Assembly: GCA_051294905.1 (NCBI GenBank)
Contig: CM119372.1
Location: forward strand, 22,136,001-22,200,000
Source of the DNA: Botryllus schlosseri
Taxonomy: Eukaryota
DNA length: 64,000 nt
Reading direction: 5' to 3'
Shown: positions 36,130-47,400 of the stretch, one piece after another
Layout of the letters: the number at the start of each line of letters is the position of its first letter
How positions within the stretch are numbered: the stretch's first letter is position 1
The notes under the pieces: model-generated
Database searches by the model: none
Told to the model about the DNA's origin: nothing
What the model saw: only the letters and a program-made list of their open reading frames with translations
Program-made: the position numbers and the translations under genes

Positions 36130-37687
36130 GGGTAACCCTAAAAGGAGGGACCGCGGAAACTGCGGAAAACGCGGAACTCGCGGAAACGGCCCCTAAAACG
36201 CGGAAACTGCGGAAAATGCGGGAAACCTCGATTCCTAAAGCGCTGAAACAAGAGGAAAACGCGGAACGCGGAACAGTCGGTCATTGACCTCTATAGATCA
36301 CAAAGTAGCCACTAAAACGAGGAAACAGAGGAAAAGGCGGAACGCGGGACAGTCGGTCATTGACATTTGTGGATCTCATAGAGGAGCTCTGAAGTCTAAA
36401 ACGACGAAACTGCGGGACACCAATGTTAGAGTGAGGCGAAGTAGAACTCATAAATGGCAGAGAACTGTTGATGGCGCTTCTTCGTTTTACAATACAAAAA
36501 TTTATAAACGTCAAAATAAATTGTTTTTTCCTTGGGAGAGACGGATTAGGGTTGGCGGAGGGGGTATATTAGGGTTACGTGAGGGGGATATTAGGGTTAG
36601 GAGAGGGGAGATATTAGGGTTGGGGGAGAGGGGGATGTTAGGGTTAGGAGGGTTAGGGTTAGGTTAGGATTAGGGTTAGGTTAGGGTTATGATTAGGGTT
36701 AGGGGAGGTGGGATATTAGGGTTAGGGGAGGTGGAATATTAGGGTTAGGGGAGGTGGGATATTAGGGTTAGGATTAGGATTAGGGGAGGTGAGATATTAG
36801 GGTTAGGGGAGGTGGGATATTAGGGTTAGGTTAGGGTTAGGGGAGGTGGGATATCATGTCCCTAACCCTCTTCTCCAACCCTAATATCACCTCTCTCCCC
36901 AACCCTAACATCCCCCTCTCTCCAACCCTAATATTCACGTCCCCTAACCCTAATATCCCACCTCCCCTAACCCTAACCTAACCCTAATCATAACCCTAAC
37001 CTAACCCCTAACCCTAATATCCCACCTCCCCCAACCCTAATATCCCACCTCCCCCAACCCTAATATCCCACCTCCCCTAACCCTAATATCCCACCTCCCC
37101 TAACCCTAACCTAACCCTAATCATAACCCTAACCTAACCCTAACCCCTAACCCTAATATCCCACCTCCCCTAACCCTAATATCCCACCTCCCCAACCCTA
37201 ATATCCCACCTCCCCAAACCCTAATATCCCACCTCCCCCCAGCCCTAATATCCCACCTCCCCCAGCCCTAATATCCCACCTCCCCAACCCTAATATCCCA
37301 CCTCCCCTAACCCTAATATCCCACCTCCCCCAACCCTAATATCCCACCTCCCCCAACCCTAATATCCCACCTCCCCCAACCCTAATATCCCACCTCCCCT
37401 AACCCTAATATCCCACCTCCCCCAGCCCTAATATCCCACCTCCCCAACCCTAATATCCCACCTCGATGATCGACTGTCCCGCGTTCCGCTGTTTCCTCGT
37501 TTTAGTGCCTACTGTGTGATATATAAAGGTCAATGACCGACTGTTCCGCGTTCCGCGTTTTCCTCTTATTTCAGCGCTTTAGGAATCGAGGTTTCCCGCT
37601 TTTTCCGCAGTTTCCGCGTTTTAGGGGCCGTTTCCGCGAGTTCCGCGTTTTCCGCAGTTTCCGCGGTCCCTCCTTTTAGGGTTACCC
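36130..37687. mobile_element. Foldback (Mutator-like) non-autonomous element with telomere-like internal minisatellite arms
   Basis: Near-perfect ~220-bp outer TIRs (GGGTAACCCTAAAAGGAGGGACCGCGGAAAC...). 10-bp TSD TAACCATATA (36120-36129, 37688-37697). G-rich TTAGGG-containing array at ~36545-36853 mirrored by a C-rich array at ~36860-37463. Confidence 0.92.
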
Positions 37688-38477
37688 TAACCATATACCA
37701 CTAGTGGTACACAGCGTTTTTTTTCTGGTGCCAGGTGGTACCCGAGTATCTTCGGTTTCTTTTGATTAACGAAACCTGGATGTAGATGTAGGTGTAGCCC
37801 AGAATTGGTGGAAACGTCACGCAGAACTTTCTGTTTAATTACTTGATTATTCTATGCAGAAGAGCTCTCATATCACAGGATTTATTTCAAAAAAATGAAC
37901 CGAGATTCCATGGGGGGCTGTAGCTTCATATTTTGTTGATCTTTTTTGTTTACAAGAAGTACGTTAGTAAGTAAGTATAATCTTTTAGCTCAAAAAACTT
38001 CTGGCTCAGTGTCGTCTTTTCGTATATTTGCATGAGGCATGCTGTTCCACAACCACTGATTTTCCCTTCCACGTTAGAACGTGTGATTTTCAGACTTCAA
38101 CATACATCAAATAATAAACATTAAAACTTACTAGATGAACATGGAAGCTGGAAATGCGATATAACCAAAATCTTATTCAATTTATTTGTGGTGATTTCGT
38201 GTTATTTGAATAAGCCAGTAAAACATCAAGTTCCCAAATATTAGCTGTACAGAATATTCAAGTGGTAAGAGTTTGATTGGGATCCGTGCTAAAATAATCC
38301 CACACTACAAGTCCGTGCCCATTCACAGGAGTAACTGAGGCTTCTGGTATTGAATGTCACAGCTTAAAACTTATGAAATATTCTTTCAAGTCAAGTTATT
38401 TTTCTCTCACTTTCAATTTTGTTTGCAGATATATACTGATATGATATAATGCAACTCATCAAGACCTATTTACTATA

Positions 38478-41400
38478 ATGGCAGACGGTAGCCCCGAAAA
38501 AGCTAGTGACGATGAGTTACTGAGCGGACAGTTTGTTTTGCACACTCTCATTACGGAGTTCATTGCTCAGGTAGATAAAAAAGTGGATCACCTTCTCAAC
38601 AATCAGCTAAAAAATTCCCAATCCCTGACAAAGGATAATCTCGCGAAGTCACTGCAGCGGGGCGAGGACCCTCAATTTGACCAACTGCTGTGTTCTCTGG
38701 GATGTGTGGCGGAATATTGCCTTCCGTGTCTTTTAGAGACTTTACTCGGCTGGTACAATCATCAAATACCAGATAAGAAAACTGGCCATGCCGAATCTGT
38801 CAATGAAAAAGTACAAAAATTGGAGTGGAAGGGGAAGAATGATTCTAAACAAGTCACGGATTATGTTAAAGATCGATATCGCGAGTTTGCTGTTGAGTTC
38901 GTCTTCTGTTTGGTGCTCATCGAAATTTTGAAACAAATACCGGTCCACCCGCTTCCAGACAGTCAGATTCGAAGCATTTTGTCGAAAGCTTTCAACAGCT
39001 TCCATGCGTCTGCTCACCCAAAAGACAGCGATGTCGAAATAAGTATTATAGCTGATCTGTACGCCGAAATGATTGGCGTACTCGCACAAACAAAATTTCT
39101 GGCGGTACACCACAAGTTCATGTACGAACTACTGAAAAAAGACACGCCTGCGAACACTCTCATTTCCCTCATTATGGGCATGAAGTATTTCCGCGTGAAG
39201 ATGTTTCCGGTTGAAGATTTCGAAGCGTCGTTCAGGTTTATGCAGGAACTGGCGAATTTCAGTTTGGAGAGCAAATATCGCGATGTGAAAAACGCTCTGG
39301 CTGGTATGTTTGTTGAAGTGTTAATTCCTGTCTCAGCTGCCGTGAAAACGGAAGTGAACGTTCCTGTCTTGCGTGATTTTGTCGATTCCTTGTATCCCAC
39401 GAGTTTAGAGTTGTCGAAGCGAGCTAAGAACAAGCCTGTGATTTTCCCTCTCGTCACCTGTCTGTTGTGCGTGTCGCAGAAAACTTTTTTCTTGAACAAC
39501 TGGCACATATTCTTGGATATTTGCCTGTCGACTTTGAAGAAAAGCGACTCCAGGCTTTCGAGGGTAGCGTTGGAGTCTCTGTACCGTCTGTTGTGGGTGT
39601 ACATGGTCCGTATCAAATGCGAGAGCAACACGACGACCCAAGCAAGATTGCAGTCGATTGTGAAAAACTTATTTCCCACTGGCTCCAGAAACGTTGTCCC
39701 CAAGGATATGCCCATCAACATATTCGTGAAGATCGTACAGTTTATTGCGCTGGAGCGTCTCGATTTCGCGATGAGAGAAATCATATCTGACTTGCTTGCA
39801 ACGACCGGTTCATCCTCAAGAGCCGCTAAACCCGTTACGTTATATCCAGAAAGAATGAACATAGGTTTGAGGGCGTTTTTGGTGATCACAGACAGCCTAC
39901 AGCAAAAAGACGGTGCACCGCCTATGCCGTCTACGATGAACGTCATGCCGTCCGGGAATACAATCAGAGTAAAGAAAACATTCTTGAATAAAACTCTGAC
40001 AGAGGACGACGCCCGTTCTATCGGCGTGCTGCATTATTTGCGACAAGTGCAAAGAGCGCTGGCCGGTATTTTGTTATCGCTGGACAGCCAAGTGGGTATG
40101 AAACTCCTGCAGACAAACACTCAATTTCACAACAAAGACCCACACGACTTCATCACCAGCGAGCAGAAGCCTAAAATCGAGTTATTTCGGACTTGCGTTG
40201 CAGCGTTGCCGCGATTGATGCCTCATGGCATTCCGCATGGAGACCTGCTGGATATCGTATGTCGTCTTACGATTCACGTAGATGATGATTTGCGCAGTCG
40301 CGCCATCGCTGCACTGCAAGCATTTATTATCGACTTCCCAGTGCTGAGCGAGGAAGTCGTGGCTTCGTTTGTTTCGTTCGTTCAAAGCCAGGTGTCCGAT
40401 ATCCACCAAGAACTGCTGAACAATTCGTTGAAAATAGCGTCCTCGCTCGTAAGCACTTGGAGAACTAGTATCGTCGGTGCCGAATCGAACAAAAGCCCTA
40501 AGAAACAATTGAAAAAATCGGAAGAAAAGACACAATCTCCATCCCCCATCTCACCAACTCAGTCGCGCTGCACGTACGCTTCTGTAATCAACAGGCTTGA
40601 GGGTTTCGCGATCGTATATCTATGCAGCTCGAGGAATCTTACCAGAAAACTTGCGTGCCACCTTCTCAAAGAAGTGAGAAGTCTTGCGGGCGTTTTGGAG
40701 TACGGAAAACCGGAAGAGCCTCTTTGTTTAGACATGTTGGATCAATTGTGCCCGGAAGTGTCTGCCGAGGTTTTGAAGGAAGAAAAATACTTCAAGCGCA
40801 TGGAGACTCACGATGTCGAAGCTATTTTGGCGACTGGGTGCGAAAGAGAATTTTCTAGTCTGGTTGAACTGTCGAGCAATTGGTTGGAGAGCGAAGGCGT
40901 CCATCCTTGGATCTACTTCATGGTCCGTTTCATTGACGTGTCGCGGCTGCAAAGGACTTGCTCCAGAGCTCTTCTTTACTCCTGGCCCGACGCTTACATC
41001 AGGGCGTCTCAAATTCAGAAGTACATCGAACCGTTCATGACTTCGGGTAGCAAAAAAGTCACGTCGGCCCCACTGGTGAGCGGAGATCAAATCTTGATAT
41101 TATGGACCCATTACTTGATATTGCTTTGCCGGTCTGCACTTTCGAACACGTCGGTGAAGCAAAGGCGTAATGAAGAAGCAGCTGTGCCCGCAGGCACTCC
41201 CGATTGGAAAGTGAAGTTGATTCGAGATGGGAAGATATTGGACGCGGTGCCTTCCAATTTATTTCAGAAAATGATAGGGATAGTTAGATCGGACTTGTTT
41301 CCGCCAGCCTACAAAGAGAGCGTTGTGTTGGGCCTTGGCTTTACGAGCACAGCCGCATTTTACGACCTTCTCTGCGAGCTGCAGCACGTCATCCATGAAG

Positions 41401-44400
41401 GTGGCGAGAGCAAAAAACAAGAGAATGTACGCAGAAGGCGGAAGCGCGAAAACATTCGTATATTTCTGATAAAGTTGTTCTCCAATTTGGCGATTCACGA
41501 GGCGCTCAGCAAAGGCATCTACAAGCAAGTGGACAAGCTTCCGGATAGCAAGAAAATTCCGAAAGAGGTGATCCAAGAGTACGTGAGCGACACACAGATG
41601 ATTCTAGACTCGTTGGATCGATCTGAATCAGCCTTGGTCACGAGTTTTTCTTCACAGCAATACAGTTCGTCATCGCCTTTTGGTCAGATAGCGTTAGCCC
41701 TGAACTCGGCCGGAATTAAGGAAGAAATGAAGCTGAATTTCGCCGACATCGTGATCAATCTTGTGAAATACTACCGCGTCTCGTCCCGGCCGAATCTGCT
41801 GACTCAAGACACGAAGAGACGTCTTTTTCACATGTTCAGCTCGTGGTACGACAAATACCTGAAAGACAAGGAGAGGTATTCGAACAATTCGTACTTGGAC
41901 TGCGCCAAAAAAATGCTGAGCGCCCGGTGCTCGGTGATGTGCTGCGGACCCATCTTCGAGGAGGCGGCATTGGCCAAAAACGGATACCTGTACGACTATC
42001 TCGAGTTTCTGCTCAATTCCGGCGATATATTTATGCGACAGCTGGGACAAGAGAGCATAGTCATGTTGCTACACTTTAATCCGAATTTGTCGCAGTACCT
42101 GTCGTGGATTTTTGAAAAGTGTTACACATCGTCAGATATGGTCGCGAGAGCCTGTTTCTTGGGCTTGGCATCGGCCTACTCGAACTCAAACTTCAACGGT
42201 AGCGTGACTACGATTCTCACGCTTTCTCTCTTCTATACGACAGATACAGACGCAGAAGTGTCGCAAACAGCCGAACTTCTGTTGAACTCTATTCTTTCTA
42301 AGGACTTCATAAAGCCTGTGGAGGAACGGATTGGCGCTCCAACCAGCGGCACTTCCTTTCAGAACAACGGAATATCTCGGAAATCATCCATCATCAAGTC
42401 TTCGACGTCTAGCTATTCACACTCCTGTCTGAAAGTGACGGAAGACCTTGCCCGTTCTCATCAGGAGCTGACACATTGTATTTTGTCCGAGATATTTATG
42501 AGATTGCCACGGGCAGACGATACGAAAAAACGCAGACTTTTGAAAGTGATCCATCCGTGGTTGCAGAATGTTGAGCTTATCCCCGTTGGCGATTACAATT
42601 CGGAATATTCTGACAGCGAAAACTGTTGCGATCACAGGCACCAGTGTCTACCGGGGAAAGGCTGGGGAACAAACGCTGCGAGTCTTCACGTTCTCAGTAA
42701 CGTTATGTATCTGACGACACATTATCACCGTTACTTGGAGGAGGAAATCCAAACTTGCTGGTCTGTGCTGTGTGGCACGTGGCACGCAAACTTGTTTGCT
42801 TGCTTGCAATATTTGACGGCGTTGTACTCTGTCGAGTCGCGAGACCTGCTCAGAAACGCGATCAGGCAGGCAGTTACTTACATCAGTAAAGCGAACGGGG
42901 CACGGGTGCTTTCCACACTGATAGAGCAGTGCTTGCGATCAGAGCCAGTGGATGTAACGGTTGAGCCGTGTGTCAATGAGCCGTGTTACAAAGTTGTGGC
43001 ACGGAATCCCAAATTTGACGGTGACTCGCCTGCTAAAAAATCGTGCGAGTCCAGCTCGAACACGGAAATATTTTCTGATGATACCAGCGAGTGCTCTGCC
43101 GAAAACAAATCCCAGCACTCGAATTCCGGTGCCGAACAGGCCAACACCGAAAACAAAGACTCTTTCAAATCATCTGTAGCTCTGCGGCGTGTCGTCGCTC
43201 GGAGCAGTCGTCCTAATTTCAGACTATCTCTTCAAATCCCGGGCAGCGACAAGTCTGGATCCATGAACCAATCGTTGGGAATGATGTCGAAACGTTCCCC
43301 GATGTTATCGTCTTCGATGATGTCATTGACGAAAACTTCGTCAGATCAAGGCATGTCTGGCGAAGAATCAGGTCTGCTGCGCTTCAATACAATATCTCCC
43401 GGCCGTCCTGGTGAGACGGATCAAAGATTCTCGGGATTCGAAGCTCTTACTAACAAAATTCCCTCGAAATTCGCGTCTCCAAAAGACAGACGATCAAGTT
43501 CGCCTCTTCGAAAATCGGAAAACAACAGCGACCTGTCTCGGTCGAATGCTTCGACCAAAGATAGCAGCATGCTCAATGCGACAATTGACGGCAGCTACGA
43601 AATTTCCGAGTTATTAGCGTGGCTTGAACATCACTGTACCGACAAGTCACCCAAACCGTTACCTTTACCATTATCTTCCTTCCATCTGCCATTGCACAAA
43701 TTAATCGTATGCGATCCGGTCGACGGGCTAATGTACTCCAACATATCGTGCATATTCCTGTCGCAGCTGATTATCAATCGTAGTTTGGATATCAACTGGA
43801 ACATTCATCTGCCCCTCGTCTCACTGGCTTTGATTCTCAACATGGACGACACCGATGTGCTAAACGTGCCGTTCTATTGTAAAAAAATGCTGGCACACAT
43901 CATCCTGATACTGGCGAGGGATAAGATTCCCAAGGATTTGATCAGACCGATACTGTCCTATTCGCTGGAATCATGCGATACTATTTTGGGCTCGTCTCGG
44001 GACACTATACCTTGTGGCGGTGAGATTGTTGTGTATAAGCTTTCTGAGAAAAGTATGCTCGAATCGTCTTTGAGCTCTGACGGATTTGTTGAGGATGCGG
44101 TGAAGAGGTTATTGACTGAATTGGTACTCGACGGTACAAGAATGTGGAACTTTGAAGACGTGGGTCCTAAAGTGATCGTCCTGAAAAGTACCGAACGACT
44201 CGCTCGATTCGTAACCCTGTTAGCGGACATCGTCGAAAGATGCAGCCCACGTATCAAGTTCAAACAGCGACTGGCCAGCGAGGCCGCGAAGCTAACAGTA
44301 TCAACGCCGCACAAGCATCACGCATGTCGTGCCTTGCAAGTCTTTCGCGCCTTGGAGCTACCACTCGCGACATCTGTGTTCAGTAAACTTATCCGCTGTT

Positions 44401-47400
44401 TGGCAGGAAGGATTGCTTACGGCGTGGACACGGATAACCAGTCACACGTCATTGAAATATTGTTAACGCTAGTGCACGATTGTGATATAGGTTGCAGCAC
44501 GTCCGACGGCAGTCCGGTGTGTAAAGTTTCCGAGAAAATCGAGCCTGTGAATGCGAGTTTGTTCTCGTCGAATATAGATGCAAATCGGACACAGTCAGAC
44601 AAAGAACGCAAACAGCCCCGCTCTCCCACTCCCGGACGTGTACTCACTTTTCCCGGCAGCCCCAAAAGAAGCGCCCCCGCCCAATTTTCAGTGCATGTTC
44701 CCAGTCACGCGGGACAAAATACAGTAAACGGCAAGCAGGTCGACGCACCGAACCGGGGTCGCAAAGTTCACGCGCATCGCCGCTCTGGGTCGGTGACTTT
44801 AACGAAAAAGATGACCTCCGAACTGCTGAGTTCTGTGGCGAGCCACGGTGGATTCAACGTGAGCAGTAAGTCTGTGCCCGAGCTGCGACCTAACTTTGCG
44901 GTGCACGAACCGTCAGATACTTTAAGCCTGGCTCCGAGATCGCCGCTACACACCAAGTCTGTAGACGCGTCTCCTGTGCATGATGTGAGAAGGATATCGC
45001 AGGCGCTGTCGCCCAACACGTCCGGAGATCATGTCAAAGCTGCTATCAACAATAATGCTGGGGATGTCTTTGTACCGAGTGACGTGAAAAGCAGCGGTGC
45101 TAAGGAGAGAGACGCGACTTTCGCACAAATGTTTTGGATTGGAGTCGCGATGCTAGAGTCCGATTACGAACACGAGTACTTACTGGCGTTGCAATTGCTG
45201 GAGAGAGTCTTGACCCTTCTGCCTTTGGATTGTAAAGACAACAGAACGCTTATTGAGCGCTACTTGTCGCAGATCAAGTGGGCCTCGTTTCCCGGGGTTC
45301 AGAGTCTGCTGCTGAAAGGCCTGACGTCGTCTGCGACTTTTAATCCGACTTTCCGTTTGTTATCGTCGCTCACCGCACACTCTCATTTGCAATTGGTGTC
45401 TGGAAGTCGCAGCGAAAGCCACGGATTTGCTATGAATGTCGTCGCGCTGCTTCCGTACTTGCTTGACAGCTTTACAGATCCTGATTACGTATGTTCTAAC
45501 GCGGCGAAAAATGTCGCGGACGTGTGCTCGCAAAGATACTCGCGAGAGAAGAAACTGCAGAGTCTCGCGCACGTTATGCTGCTCTATTCGTCGCACACTT
45601 ACGGTCAGTCTTCGACTATCTGGATTAGCGTCGTGTCGAAGTATATCCACGAGACCTTCCCGGATAGCATACGTGAACAGTTGGACTTTCTATTGGGAGT
45701 GCTAGACCGCGGGCCCAGTTCAGTGCATCAATCCTGCCTGCGTATTGTACACAGTCTTTTGTTTTTGTCCGAGCTGCTGCTTTCGAACGAACAGTCGGAT
45801 GTGGCGTTCCATCAGAACATCTTGAAGACGGTGTCAAAGTTTGTGAACAACACCAAGCTTTGGAAGGACGCTCTGCAGATATTGAAGCTAGCCGTGTCCA
45901 GGTCGTCTGCGATTACGACTCCTGCTGTTTCCAGCTCGATGCTGTCGGTTTCTGACAGCGATCGCATCTCTCTTCCGGGCAGGACGCTGACTTTCAAATT
46001 CAATTTGTCGGACACTCCGATCATAGGACGCCGTAAAAACGAAGACCAGCTCAACAAAAAGTCTCCCTACGCGGGCTCGCCTACGTACCACCCCAGCACT
46101 GCGTCAATGATAGTCAGCAGTTGGAAAAAACCGATGTTCTCGCAAAAACGCACCTATGAGCGGATGTCGTGCATCGCGCAAATTTGCGGTAAACATCTCG
46201 TGGTCGCCAGAGATTCCGTGCCGGTGTTGGATCCGCCTGCCTCTAACGAAATAGCAGAGAAATTCCGTGAAGCCGCGAAAAATAACGGATTGGTAGAACA
46301 AGACGGTAACGACGCTGATCGGAACGAAGACGCAGAAAGCAGTGGTTCTGAGAATGAAGACGATAAAGAGATTGCAGGAAGCGGGGTGGACGACATTGTG
46401 GTTTTGCGGAACTTTGACTTTTTGGATGAATTCGACGACAACGATGATGGTTTTACGACCGGCTATCAAAAGCCGAGCAAAACAATTCACGACGGTAGCA
46501 ACATGGAAGATGACCCGGTGGACTGTAATCTCACGCCGGTGGCGCACCGTGACAGCATGCCCGAAGCGGATCCCACGCAATCGGAAGATTACTCTGATCT
46601 CAGCGACACCGGCGAGGTGGACATCACGTCGCATACGTCAGGAGTCCTGTCTCAATCTTGGAACGGGAACAAAAGCCATTTGACAGAAATGGGCTCTACA
46701 GAGTTCTATTCCTCTCTCGTCACGATATCATCGGCGGAAAAAGCAGAGATGCCGCGGGTGTCCTCCTGCGAGAGCATCAACAAGATCAACCCTCTGTCGC
46801 GTTGCTATTTACAGAACAGGCTCACGCAGAGCGAGATGCATCTGAACAAAAAGGCGAACTCTTCAAACGAGTCTTTGAAGAGCTTGCAATTTGATAAGAC
46901 CGACGAACTCGATGAGAACGACACCACAGACACTGAAACCAACCCCGAATCTGACCCAGAGCACTTTGACAGCAGGCCCATCTCGGTTAGCAAGGATTTT
47001 GTTGAGGATGAATACAACGAAAAGTACCATGACGATTTGATGTCTTCATTGGTTCAATTGACAACACCGCCGCCGCCTGTTTCAGAATCTCCAGACTTTC
47101 CGCAAAATAGTGATGGTACTACACCGGCGCATGATATCCCGATCGTAGAACCGCCGCCCGTTACTAACGACATTACATCAAATCTTTCGGCCGTACCGTT
47201 CGGTTTGCCCGTTCAATTTGTTTCGGTCGCGAGTGCGAACAAATCAGAGTCGAATAACAACTCTGATTCATCAAGCTCTGATCCTGTCGCGTACCAAGAT
47301 ACTATATTCACGGCTTGGAAATTGCATTTGGCTTCCATAGGGACTATGAACGATTCGGTTTTTGTGGCAAAGACTTTCGACTTGTTCCCGACGGTTTTCA

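Noticed and set aside
36545..37463. True telomere or chromosome end-to-end fusion site
   Set aside because: The repeats are degenerate and embedded in 23-bp units, and they are enclosed by TIRs and a 10-bp TSD, so a transposon origin explains them better.
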